A stretch of 64,000 nt of DNA from an uncultured Actinomycetes bacterium (GTDB taxonomy: Bacteria; Actinomycetota; Thermoleophilia; UBA2241): contig CAVRZA010000008.1 in NCBI GenBank assembly GCA_963725665.1, positions 1-64,000 on the forward strand, given 5' to 3'. Shown piece after piece: positions 1 through 9,777 of this stretch. The stretch's first letter is position 1. The number at the start of each line of letters is the position of its first letter. Below the pieces are notes generated by a model, which did no database searches, was not told the origin of the DNA, and saw nothing but the letters and a program-made list of their open reading frames with translations. The translations under genes were made by a program, and so were the position numbers.

Positions 1-397
1 GTTATCGTTCAGATTATGAGCTACTGCTATAAAATCATATCCGTTTTTCTCCCTGATCTCTTCGAACCATTTGTATCTCAGGTCCCTGGCTGCCATCTGA
101 ACCGAGAGCTTATTTTTTTTTGCGAAGGTTTTTGTTTCAAATCTTACAGTGTAAAACGGAATATTTTTTTCAGATGCAAACTTTCTGACCATACTTTCGT
201 CCTTATCAGATTCTCGGCCCCCGGCAATGAAAAATTGCAGTGAGCAATTGCTATATCATAATTCTGTCCCTGAAACAGGTGTGCCATAACCATAGAATCG
301 ATTCCCCGCTAACAGCAAGAAGTATTTTATCACCCGGTTTTATCAGGTTATTGTCAATAATGAATTTTTTAAACTCACCGGTCATCTTTTGTAGCAT
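1..397 (-). CDS. tilS: tRNA(Ile)-lysidine synthetase, N-terminal part (runs off window; frameshifted in this sequence)
   Basis: Manual translation across frames gives LLAVSG[G]IDSMVM...IAIAHCNF...VQMAARDLRYKWF...IAVAHNLND: the PP-loop SGGxDS, ARxxRY and AHxxxD motifs of TilS. Indels at short G/C runs. Confidence 0.8.
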
Positions 398-414
398 TGA
401 GACGTAAAAATAGA

Positions 415-443
415 AAAAGGTATCCTTTCAGGGGATACCTTTT
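415..443. terminator. Intrinsic terminator after peroxiredoxin
   Basis: AAAAGGTATCC-N7-GGATACCTTTT inverted repeat with A/T tails. Confidence 0.6.
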
Positions 444-1095
444 CAATAAAATCCAAAAGAATCTATTTTTTTGAGAGATATTTCAGAAACACTTTTCTGA
501 GTTTCCTTCATTGCTTTATCTCCTTTGTGCCAGTCAGCCGGGCATACTTCTCCGTCTTCCTCAAAGAACTGAAGGGCATCTACCATCCTAAGTGTCTCGG
601 TTATACTTCTTCCTAGCGGCATGTCATTTACAGTCTGATGCCGTACAATGCCTTTTTTATCAATGAGAAATAATCCTCTGTAAGCTTCAGGGATCCCTTT
701 GAATGTGACATCTCCATTTTCAGCATAATCGTAATTGCCGGCCAGAACATCATAATTTTCAGATATGGTTTTTGAAAGATCCGAGACCATCGGGTATTTT
801 ACGCCTTTGATTCCGCCCTGGTTAGGCTCTGTCTGGAGCCATTTCCAGTGAGAGTATTTTGAATCGACGGAACAGGCGACTACAGCAACATTCTTTTCAT
901 TGAATTCATTCAGTCTTTCCTGAAATGCAAGTAATTCTGTAGGGCAGACAAAAGTAAAGTCTGCCGGGTAGAAAAAGAATATTACATATTTTTTCCAAGG
1001 TATTGCTCGAGTGAGAATCCTTCAACCATTTCTCCTCCATTTACTACTGCGTTCGCAGAAAAAGCCGGCGCTTTTTTTCCAACTAAAACAGCCAT
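443..1095 (-). CDS. ahpC: Typical 2-Cys peroxiredoxin (AhpC/Prx1), frameshift near 990
   Basis: ATG at 1095 (MAVLVGKKAPAFSA), FFYPADFTFVCPTE peroxidatic motif, C-terminal GEVCPADW. The ORF track captures only the 3' part. Confidence 0.9.
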
Positions 1096-1201
1096 TTTCT
1101 TGATTTTAATTTAAGGTTTATAAATAAGTATCCTTTTATGGATACAAAAAAGATAAAGTTTTGTTCACTACCTGTACGGAATTATCGCAGGTGCTCCGGG
1201 C

Positions 1202-2999
1202 TCAAAATTTTCTGGCCGGAGGAGTTGTTCCCCCGAGACATTGACCAAAGAAGATCCTTGAGTATACCGGTGGGTTTGGGAAATAGCCAATCCTTATCTG
1301 CAGCGTATTAAGAACAAGGTTGTCATTTCTGATCCTGATTCCCACACCTATACTGGAAAGGGCATGACCACTACCAAGGTTTTGGGTAGTACCGGAAAGA
1401 AATGCGAAATCAGTGAAAGCGAAAAATGCAAATCTGAATCCGTATGAATTTATCGGACTGAACAGGACCGATTCAAGGCTGACATCCAGTCTTTGCCTGC
1501 CTGTTATCGAATCATTGTAGAAACCTGCAAAACCATTGTCATTGATAAATTTAAGATACTCATTTGAATATCTTCCGAAACCTCTCGTATAATTGAGGTA
1601 GACAAAGTTCCTGATCCTGGAACGTCCCATAAAAATAAGATTTGAAAAATAATTCAGCTTCAGAGCTAATAGTCCCTGCTCCGTCGCTGTCTTATTCAGA
1701 TAGGTTGAGAAACCTGCATAGCTATAAAAATACCCGAGTGCTTTACTCGATTTGCTGAATGATACCTCGGTGCCCAGATAAGTTCTTTGCTTGAATTCAT
1801 TAAACTCTCTCCCCACTGTAAACTTGAATAAAGAGCCGTACGGGATATCCTCGGTACGTCCGTAACCATAGATGAGACTTGTTTTTGCATACTTCTGGAA
1901 AGACAGAGCAGCAGATCCCAGGTACAGTCTGTATTTCTGAAGATTATGGTAAGAATCGGGAAGTATTTCAGGGTGATTGAATACATTGTTATTTGTATAC
2001 CGTGCACCAATTATTATCCTTGAAACGGAAGATTTGTTAATCAGGAAGGATCTTGATAACCAGTAGTCCTGTAAATTGTATTTAAGCGGAGCGGGAATTA
2101 AAAGAGTGTCGAGGTCTTCTGATGTGTACATCATCCTTACTGAAACTCCTCCTGCATATTTTGTGGAAGAACTGACGAGTTTGCGGGCCAGATCGAATCC
2201 ATATGTTTTTTCACCAAGGCCATGAAGAAAGTATACATTCAGGTTTACAAAGGATTTTACAATATTATTTATTGTATAATGTGCCCCGATTCCGGGAGAT
2301 TCCGGCAGAATATTATTGAAAGGGATATCGAGTCCAAGTTCGTGTCCGGTTCCCATTATGTTTTTGTCAAAGACAGAAACAGATCCTTTCTTTAAGCCCC
2401 TGTAGTCGTAAGATGCACCGAGTGAATAAATATCCTTGGTGAAGACCACAATATCAGCTTCGGTTTCAGATACGGGAAGCACTACAATCCGTGCATCATC
2501 GATATAGGGAAGCTGCCGGAGCAGTCGTTCATTATCGCTCAGTGCCAGAGGTGAAATCGGATCACCCTCCGAAAAAAGCAGGTTATTTCTGATAATATTT
2601 TCATTTGTATTAACGTGGGTTTTGTTAAGCAGGTTTTCTATCCTGCTCGGTTCTGCCGCTTCGGGATTATTGATATTAACCCCGAAAACATTAAGCCTTT
2701 GAATTATGATCTTTCTGATCTTTTTCCCGGCATGGTTCAGATAGTCTGCTTCACTGGTACCTGTGAACTGTTTTTTGAAAGTGGTATCCGGATTTACTAT
2801 AATGATACTATAGAGTCTTTTAGTCAGTTGATTCCTGGAGGCTCTGACCTTGAGCGAATCAAAAAAAACTATATTTCTGTCCTTTATCTGAACTGTGGTA
2901 GGGATTATAGTACCGGGAATGCTTAACAATAACTCTTTTGTAAAAAGAGTCAGGATATTAGTCATTCTGTTGACGACCTCAACCGGGATCTTTTTTTTT
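1202..2999 (-). CDS. BamA/TamA-like outer-membrane protein (POTRA plus beta-barrel), 5'-truncated at the junction
   Basis: 587-aa ORF with NLLFSEGD...ERLLRQLPYIDDA POTRA-like segment and C-terminal GVGIRIRNDNLV..LQIRIGYFP strand pattern typical of Bacteroidota proteins. The frame stays open up to the poly-T at 2991-2999. Confidence 0.65.
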
Positions 3000-3002
3000 C
3001 GA
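2991..3002. other. Abrupt compositional junction (AT-rich to very GC-rich DNA)
   Basis: Composition flips within a few bases at a T9 run, and the genes on both sides are truncated there. Confidence 0.9.
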
Positions 3003-4047
3003 GCGCGAGCAGCTTCTGATGGGTCGCTACGACCACGATGTTGTCCAGGCCGACCTGGCGCAGCACGCGCGGGCTGATCTGCTGGTTGCCGCGTCCGAAG
3101 ATGTGACCCTGGCCGCCGATGGCCGTCACGACGACGGTCGCCGGCCGCTCGGCCGTGAGCCGCAAGAGGTCGTTCTCGCTGACGTCGCTCGCGACCACCG
3201 CGCGCTCGCCCACCACGTCGACGCCTAGCAACGTGTTGGGCAGCTCCAGGATGCGCATGATGCCGCGCGTCGTCGTGCCCGGTCCGATGACATAGAGCCG
3301 GCCCGGCTGCATGCCGTTGACGACCTCGCTGGCGATACCCTCCAGGGCTACGGCGTCGCTTCCGCCGGCGCCGGCCTTGGCGCTCTGCAGGAGGTTGCGC
3401 TGGTAGGGCACGCGCAGGTAGCCGTAGAGGCGCGCCGAGACCCGATCCTCTCTGAAGGCCTCCTCATCGATGTCCATGACCTCGGCCTCACGCAGCTCTA
3501 CGCCGCGCGCCTGGGGCCTGAAGAAGAGAGCGGCGAGGTCGCCGGCCGCCGCCGGCGTGGTCGCATAGACGGCGGAGTGGATCTTGACCCCCGCCGGGAT
3601 GCCCAGCGTGGCGATCTGTGTGCCGATGGCGTCGTAGATGTTGCGCGCGGTGCCGTCGCCGCCGGCGAAGAGCAGCAGGTCGACACCGATGTCGCGCATC
3701 GCGCGGGCCGCGTTGACGGTGTCCTCGGCGGTCGTGGCCGGCGCGCCGTCGGGCAGCGGAGCGCCCCACGGCGCGCCGATGACGCTGTCGAGGACGCGGG
3801 GCGTGAAGCCGGCAGCGACGGCCTCGTCGGCGCCCATCTCGCCGGGGCAGGTCACGAGGTCGATGTCGCCGGCCAGGCCGGCGAGGCGCGCGAGGGCCTG
3901 CTGGGCGCGGCGCGGGCTCTCCCGCGCCGCGCCCAGCTCGAGCGCGCGCCGCAAGATCTCGATGCCGTCGCTTCCCTTGAGCCCGACGCGGCCGCCGACC
4001 CCCGCTACGGGGTTGACTATCAGGCCCAGCGTCTTGCGTTGCGTCAT
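3000..4047 (-). CDS. ATP-NAD kinase-fold protein (COG3199/AcoX-like), 3'-truncated
   Basis: MTQRKTLGLIVNPVAGVGGRVGLKGSDG, FAGGDGTAR, GIPAGVKIHSAVYA, IGGQGHIFGRGNQQISP motifs. The C-terminus is replaced by junction sequence. Confidence 0.85.
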
Positions 4048-4099
4048 CTCTGCTTCAGGGTCGTGGCGTCTCGGAGTAGCAGGGCGGGCGCAAGGCGGG

Positions 4100-4699
4100 C
4101 TAGTGCCGCTTGCGCCCGCCCTTGCGCTGCCTGCTCTTCGGATTCGACTGCGCGCGCTCGCGGTTGGGCTTCGACGGAGGTCGCGATGCGCGCGTCTGCG
4201 CGCGCCCCGCTCGCGCCGCCGCACGCTGCCGGTTGCGCTCCCGCGCCTTTTCCTCCTGCTTGGCGAGGTAGGCGGGCGAGAACAGAGTGAGGATGCCGTA
4301 CGCGGCCGCGCCGGGCAGCACCAGCGATGCCAGGGCTGCGGCAAAGCGGGCGTCGCCGACGAGCGCGAAGCCAAACGCCGCGGCCGCCGTCGCCGCGAGC
4401 ACGACGTAGGCCGCCCGCATCCGCTCGCGAGGCACCAGCCGGTCGCGCAGGAAGGAGGCGTTCAGCCCCAGCACGAGCATCTCGGCGCAGACGAGGGTGG
4501 CCAACACCAGCGCCGCCAGCGCAAGGGGCTTCGCGACACTGCTCGTCCAAGTCCTGGCCACGACTAGGCTGACCGTGGCGTAGCCCGTGTAGAGGGTCGT
4601 GAAGACGAGCGCGGCCACGAGCACGCCACGGGCCAGGGTGCCCGTCCGACGCTGCGAGCCGCGGCCGGTCCCGCTCGGTTGCTGCTCCGTGGGTGTCAC
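4100..4699 (-). CDS. Hypothetical membrane protein (~4 TM, basic C-terminal tail)
   Basis: Hydrophobic segments. Likely GTG start at 4699 overlapping the upstream stop (GTGA), with AGGAGG upstream. Confidence 0.6.
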   Translation of the reverse strand: MTPTEQQPSGTGRGSQRRTGTLARGVLVAALVFTTLYTGYATVSLVVARTWTSSVAKPLALAALVLATLVCAEMLVLGLNASFLRDRLVPRERMRAAYVVLAATAAAAFGFALVGDARFAAALASLVLPGAAAYGILTLFSPAYLAKQEEKARERNRQRAAARAGRAQTRASRPPSKPNRERAQSNPKSRQRKGGRKRH

Positions 4700-4794
4700 G
4701 TCGGCTTGGTGAACCTCCTGGCGAGCCACCACACGGCCACGCCGAGAGCCACCGAGACGGTGGCAAAGAGCAGCGTCTTGATCAAGAAGCGCAT
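4696..4794 (-). CDS. Small single-TM protein, 32 aa (MRFLIKTLLFATVSVALGVAVWWLARRFTKPT)
   Basis: Fills the gap between gcvPB and the next gene. GGAGAGG SD upstream, stop overlaps the next start. Below the ORF-track length cut-off. Confidence 0.55.
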   Translation of the reverse strand: MRFLIKTLLFATVSVALGVAVWWLARRFTKPT

Positions 4795-4798
4795 CACG

Positions 4799-6364
4799 TC
4801 AATCCTCTCCCTTGATCTTGCGCCTGTAGGCGCGGTAGGTCATGGCCCACTTGGCCGGGTCCTCGACCGCCTCGATGCCCTTCATGCGCGCGATGGGTTG
4901 GCTGTGCGGTGCCGTCTTCACCGTCTGCGGGTCCTCGTAGGCTTCCTTCGACACCCGGCGGGCGGTCTCGCACCAGTAGTCCAGGTCCTCCTTCGAGTAC
5001 GTCTCGCACGGCTCGGGGGTGAACGGCTCGGGCACGATGACGGGGTGATGGCTGAGCCACACGCTCTGCACGCCGAAGTCGACCTGGCGATCCTGGAAGT
5101 CGTGGCAGGTGACGCCGGTCTCCTCGGTCATCTGCTCGATACTGTAGCGCACCTGGTCGAGACGCCGCTTCTCGGTGTACGGCATGGAGACGCCGCGCAC
5201 GGCGAGCAGTTGCTTCATCATGTAGTTGTTGTTGAGCACCGACACCTCGGACGCCTCGCGGAGGCCCCGAGGGCCCAGCGAGAGGCACCAGGCCCAGGAG
5301 CGCAGGATCACCGGCAGGTTGCCGTAGAACTCGCGCACCCGGCCGATGCTCTGCGGGCGCTCGTAGTCGAGGTGGTAGGCCGCCCCGTCGAACGTCACCA
5401 CCGGTACGGGCAGGAACGGCGCCAGCCGGTCGCTGCAGCAGTAGGCGCCCGTGGCCGGGCCGGCGCAGGCGTGCGGGCTCGAGAACGTCTTGTGCAGGTT
5501 GAAGTGGCAGCCGTCGAAGCCGGCGTCGCGCGCCCGCGCGATGCCCAGGACGGCGTTGGCGTTGGCTTGGTCGGTGAAGGCGAGCCCGCCGGCGTCGTGC
5601 ACGACCTCGACGAACTTGTCGATGTTCGGGTTGTAGATGCCGGTGTCCTCGGGGTTGGTGATCATGATGCCGGCCGTGCGCTCGCCGACCGCGGCCTTCA
5701 GGGCGTCGAGGGGCGGATAGCCCTTTTCGTCGGGACGCAGGGTGACGACCTTGAAGCCGGCGGTCGCGGGCGCGGCGGCATCACAGGGGTGCGAGAAGAT
5801 CGTCGTGATCATCTCGTCACGCTGGGCCAGCTCGCCGCGGGCGGCGTGGTAGGCGCGCACCACGCAGGCGTTGGTGTAGGCGGCCTGCGCGCCGCCGCCG
5901 CCCTGCAGCGTGACCTCGTCCATGCCCGAGATGGCGCACAGCATGCTGCGAAACTCGTAGTAGACCTGCAGGGCGCCTTGCAGGGTCTCCTCGTCCTGCA
6001 ACGGGTGCACCTCCGCCATCTGCGGCATCCGGCAGAGGTCCTCGTGCGCCTTGGGGCTGTACTTCATCGTGCACGTGCCCTCGCTGATGTCGCTGCCGAG
6101 GTCCATGCCCATGGTCTGCTGCGAGAGGCGCAGGTAGTGTCGCAAGGCCTGGTGCTGGCTGATCTCGGGGAGGGCGGGGGTGTCGGCGCGGCGCGCCGAC
6201 TCGGGCACGAAGGCGGCCGAGTCGGCGCCCACGGCCGCCTCGACCTCGTCTTCGGCGAGCGGCACGAAGATGCCACGCTCGCCGGGCACGGTCATGTCCA
6301 TCACGAGCGGCTCGTCCCAGCGTGCCGCGCGGTAACCTCTCAACTTCACGTCGCCCATGGTCAC
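4799..6364 (-). CDS. gcvPB: Glycine dehydrogenase subunit 2-like PLP protein (divergent GcvPB)
   Basis: GTCTMKYSPK, ITNPEDTG, HFNLHKTFSSPH (PLP lysine), EPCETYSKEDLD. Confidence 0.85.
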   Translation of the reverse strand: MTMGDVKLRGYRAARWDEPLVMDMTVPGERGIFVPLAEDEVEAAVGADSAAFVPESARRADTPALPEISQHQALRHYLRLSQQTMGMDLGSDISEGTCTMKYSPKAHEDLCRMPQMAEVHPLQDEETLQGALQVYYEFRSMLCAISGMDEVTLQGGGGAQAAYTNACVVRAYHAARGELAQRDEMITTIFSHPCDAAAPATAGFKVVTLRPDEKGYPPLDALKAAVGERTAGIMITNPEDTGIYNPNIDKFVEVVHDAGGLAFTDQANANAVLGIARARDAGFDGCHFNLHKTFSSPHACAGPATGAYCCSDRLAPFLPVPVVTFDGAAYHLDYERPQSIGRVREFYGNLPVILRSWAWCLSLGPRGLREASEVSVLNNNYMMKQLLAVRGVSMPYTEKRRLDQVRYSIEQMTEETGVTCHDFQDRQVDFGVQSVWLSHHPVIVPEPFTPEPCETYSKEDLDYWCETARRVSKEAYEDPQTVKTAPHSQPIARMKGIEAVEDPAKWAMTYRAYRRKIKGED

Positions 6365-7794
6365 GCCTCCTTGCCCGCGCTCGCGGCTGGTCGGAGCGCT
6401 TCACCGAGCGCGGCGGCAAGCCGGTCGATGTCCGCCTTCGTGTGGACCTCGGTCACGCAGACCAGCATGCTCTGCCCCAGCGCGGGGAACTGCCGCGAGA
6501 GGTCGTAGCCGCCGAAGATCTTCTGCTCGCGCAGCCTGGCGTTGACGGCGGCGACGGTCGTCCCCGCACCATCGAGGTTCACCACGAACTCCTTGAAGAA
6601 CCCCGGCCCGAAGAGCTGCTTGACACCCGGGATGGCGGCGAGCCGTCCGGCGGCGTAGTGGGAACGCTTGAGGATCGTGTCGCCGAGCTCCCAGAAGCCC
6701 TTGGGCCCCATGAGGCTCATGTACACGGCGGCCGCGATCGTCCACAGGCCGGCGCTGGTGCCGACCCAGTCACGGCCCTGGTCGCGCAGGCCGTAACTCG
6801 TGCGCTCCTCCATGACCTCGGCGAAGGCGTACTCGCCCTCGCGCTCGGTCTCGAGCACCGTGAAGAGGAGCAGCGGGCACTCGCCGCAGTAGACCGGGTC
6901 GTCGCGGAAGGCCATGTAGCCGCCCAGGCCGCCGCCACAGCTCAAATGCATGCCCAGGGGCTGGATAGGCCCGATGGCGATGTCGGCGTCGTATGAGCCC
7001 GGCGCGGCCAGCACGCCGAGCGAGATGGGATCGGCGCCGACGATGAAGAGCGCACCGGCCTCGTGAGCCATGGCGGCGATCTCGGCGCAGCGGCTCTCTA
7101 TGGTGCCGAGGAAGCTGGGCGTCTCGATGTAGACCGCGGCTGTATCGTCGGAGAGCTTGGCGCGCAGGTCGTCGAGGTCGATCTCGCCGCTCGCGGCGTC
7201 GTAGGCGACGGTCTCGAGAGGGATGTGAGCCGCCATCTCCGGCGGCGGGCACATCGTGCGGGCGACGGTCAACCGCTCGGGTCCTGTCGTGGCCGCGCAC
7301 AGGACGTGCCGCCGGCCCGTGATGCGCGTCGCCATGCGCAGGGCCAGCCCGAGCACCGTGCCCCAGTCGTAGAAGGGCATGGTGACGACGTCGAAGTCGA
7401 CGAGCTCGGCGAGCTGGCTGGCGAACTCCCACTTGGCCTGCCACTTGCCCTGGTCGGTGTAGTACATGCCGTCGTAGGCGGAGAGCAGCTCGGCCCTGTT
7501 GACCACCTCGTCGACCGCTGCCGGCACGTGGTGCTGCCATACGCCGGCGCCGAGGAACGACAGGTACTCGTCGCAGTCGGCGTTCTTACGCAGCACCGAC
7601 CTGCCGTGCCGCTTGAGCTCGGCTTCCGAGTGGATGGGTCCGGGGACGTCGAGCAGGCCCTTGAAGCGCAGGTGATCGGGGATCGGCTCGTAGATGTCGA
7701 GCGCGTCCTTCTTGCCGATCTCGCGCAGCATCGCCTCCTTGGTCTCCGGGACCGCGTTGGGGATGTAGGGATGGACGAAGTAGTCCTCACTCAT
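6361..7794 (-). CDS. gcvPA: Glycine dehydrogenase subunit 1-like protein (divergent GcvPA)
   Basis: HPYIPN, FLGAGVWQHHVPAAV, QPLGMHLSCGG, GPGFFKEFVV, VCVTEVHTKADID; 4-nt overlap with gcvPB. Confidence 0.85.
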   Translation of the reverse strand: MSEDYFVHPYIPNAVPETKEAMLREIGKKDALDIYEPIPDHLRFKGLLDVPGPIHSEAELKRHGRSVLRKNADCDEYLSFLGAGVWQHHVPAAVDEVVNRAELLSAYDGMYYTDQGKWQAKWEFASQLAELVDFDVVTMPFYDWGTVLGLALRMATRITGRRHVLCAATTGPERLTVARTMCPPPEMAAHIPLETVAYDAASGEIDLDDLRAKLSDDTAAVYIETPSFLGTIESRCAEIAAMAHEAGALFIVGADPISLGVLAAPGSYDADIAIGPIQPLGMHLSCGGGLGGYMAFRDDPVYCGECPLLLFTVLETEREGEYAFAEVMEERTSYGLRDQGRDWVGTSAGLWTIAAAVYMSLMGPKGFWELGDTILKRSHYAAGRLAAIPGVKQLFGPGFFKEFVVNLDGAGTTVAAVNARLREQKIFGGYDLSRQFPALGQSMLVCVTEVHTKADIDRLAAALGEALRPAASAGKEA

Positions 7795-7913
7795 CTCACG
7801 TCGTCAGCTCCTTTGTCCCGGCCGTCCTAGCCGCCGGGCCCGTGGTCGTCGTGTACGTGTCGCTGCTCGTCGGTTGGCCGGTGGTGCCGTGCCGCGCCGG
7901 CCGCGCGGCGGTC

Positions 7914-8705
7914 TCAGTCGTAGCCGTATCCCGCGCTGGTGCCGAAGTCGATGCTGATGAGCGCCCCGGTGATCGGCGCCGCGAGCGGCGAGGCGAGGTA
8001 GGCGATGAGAGACGCCACCTCCTCAGGGCGGATGAAGCGCGCCTGGTCTCGCTGCGGGTAGCCGGCCAGCAGGCGGCCGAAGTAGCCGTCGGCGTCGCCG
8101 CCGCCGAAGTCGCGCGCCTGGCCCTCGAGCATCGGCGTCATGACGTCGGCGGGGCAGACTGCGTTGACGCGCACCAGGTCTGGAGCGAGTTCGAGGGCGA
8201 GCGACTTGGTCAGCAGGCTCACCCCGCCCTTGGAGGCCGTGTAGATCGCCGTCTCGGGCGTGCCTACGACGCCGGCATCGGAGCTCAGGTTGACGATGCA
8301 GCCCTGCGTCTTCTTGAGCTCGGGTATGGCGTAGCGGCAGCAGAAGAAGGTGCCCTTGAGGTTGACGTCGACGGTGCGGTTCCACTGCTCCTCCGTCATC
8401 GTCTCGCTTGGCCCCTCCACCCAGACGCCGGCCGCGTTGATGAGGATGTCGAGGCGGCCGGCCACCTCCACGGCGGCGTCGATGAGGCGCTCGCAGTCCT
8501 CTGGGCGCGTGACGTCGCAGACGACGCCGTGCGCGGGCCGGCCGCCTCGCGCCAGGTCGTCGACCGCCTTGCGCAAGGTCACCTCGTTCACGTCGCCCAA
8601 AACGACGGCGGCGCCCTCATCGAGAAGCGTGGCCGCGCTGGCCCTGCCGATGCCGCCGGCGCCGCCCGTCACCACTGCCACCGTGCCGTCGAGATCGAGC
8701 TTCAT
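7914..8705 (-). CDS. Short-chain dehydrogenase/reductase
   Basis: TGGAGGIG, INAAG, NLSS, YTASKGG motifs. Confidence 0.9.
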   Translation of the reverse strand: MKLDLDGTVAVVTGGAGGIGRASAATLLDEGAAVVLGDVNEVTLRKAVDDLARGGRPAHGVVCDVTRPEDCERLIDAAVEVAGRLDILINAAGVWVEGPSETMTEEQWNRTVDVNLKGTFFCCRYAIPELKKTQGCIVNLSSDAGVVGTPETAIYTASKGGVSLLTKSLALELAPDLVRVNAVCPADVMTPMLEGQARDFGGGDADGYFGRLLAGYPQRDQARFIRPEEVASLIAYLASPLAAPITGALISIDFGTSAGYGYD

Positions 8706-8815
8706 GGGCCTCATGCCCCCTGTGCAAAGGCTGAATGGTCGTTCACTTTCGCAAGCATACCGTGACGAGGAGCGCCGGCGGAAGGGAGCCGGCGCGGCCC
8801 TCCACAGGCCGTGGG

Positions 8816-9607
8816 TCAGTAGTAGAGCTCGCTCGGGCCCTTGTACTCCTGGATCGTGTTGCCGCCGTCGATGACGACGAGCTGGCCGGTGATGTAGCTG
8901 GCGTCGTCGGACGCGAGGAAGGCGATCAGCTTGCCCACTTCCTCCGGCGTCGCGGCGCGCCCCAGCGGCGTGTTGAGGGCGCCGGCCCGCTCGCCGTCGC
9001 TGGAGGACCCGGTGTCGATCCACCCCGGCCCGACGGCGTTGACGGTGATGCCGTGCTTGGCCACGTCGAGCGCCAGGCCGCGCGTCATGCCCAGCACGCC
9101 CGCCTTGGCGGCGCAGTACACGGACTCGTCAGGATTGGCCACGTTGGGCCCGGTGACCGACGAGACGTTGACGATGCGCCCGTAGTGACGCTCGATCATG
9201 TGGTTGATGATGGCCCGCGTGACGAGGAACTGGCTCTTGAGGTTGATGGCGATGCCGAAGTCCCAGCTCTCCTCGGTGAGCTCCGGGAACGCGACGAAGT
9301 CCTCTTCCTGCCCGAAGACGACCATGCCGGCGTTGTTCACCAGCAGGTCGATGCGCCCGTGGTGGGCGAGAGCCTCGCCGACCACACGCTCGACCTCCGC
9401 GCGCTTCGTCAGGTCGGCCGTGTGCGACGAGACGGTGTGGCCTTTGGCGCGCAGGGCCGTGGCACACTCGTGGACCTTGTCGGAGATGTCGACGATGGCG
9501 ACAGCGGCGCCCTCGTCGCCGAAGACGCCGGCCGTGGCGAAGCCGATGCTGTTCATCTTGGCGACGCCGGTGATGAATGCCACTTTGCCCTCGAGCCTGC
9601 CCTCCAT
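8816..9607 (-). CDS. Short-chain dehydrogenase/reductase (FabG/UcpA-like)
   Basis: ITGVAKMNSIG, VNNAG, NVSSVTGPNVANPDESVYCAAK; GAGGAG SD. Confidence 0.9.
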   Translation of the reverse strand: MEGRLEGKVAFITGVAKMNSIGFATAGVFGDEGAAVAIVDISDKVHECATALRAKGHTVSSHTADLTKRAEVERVVGEALAHHGRIDLLVNNAGMVVFGQEEDFVAFPELTEESWDFGIAINLKSQFLVTRAIINHMIERHYGRIVNVSSVTGPNVANPDESVYCAAKAGVLGMTRGLALDVAKHGITVNAVGPGWIDTGSSSDGERAGALNTPLGRAATPEEVGKLIAFLASDDASYITGQLVVIDGGNTIQEYKGPSELYY

Positions 9608-9746
9608 GCGCGCTCTCCTCATCCCGCCTTGCGGACGTGAGCGGCCGACGGCCCCGCTCGCCTGCGATTCTACCGTCTGTGAGGGCTGCTCGCAGGACGT
9701 CTCAGGGGACGAGGTCAGCTCCCCCCGGCTCCGTCGTTAGGGGATC

Positions 9747-9777
9747 GCGATGGGCGGCCGTCAAGGCCGCCCATCGC
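9747..9777. terminator. 13-bp GC hairpin at the pfpI 3' end
   Basis: GCGATGGGCGGCC-gtcaa-GGCCGCCCATCGC. Confidence 0.45.

Noticed and set aside
1-2999. AT-rich segment as a horizontally acquired island
   Set aside because: It holds housekeeping and outer-membrane genes, both junction genes are truncated, and no mobility genes or att sites are present. A chimera is the simpler explanation.
7795-7913. Glycine riboswitch upstream of gcvPA
   Set aside because: No recognisable GGAGA...CCGAAG...CTCTCAGG aptamer here or upstream of the SDRs
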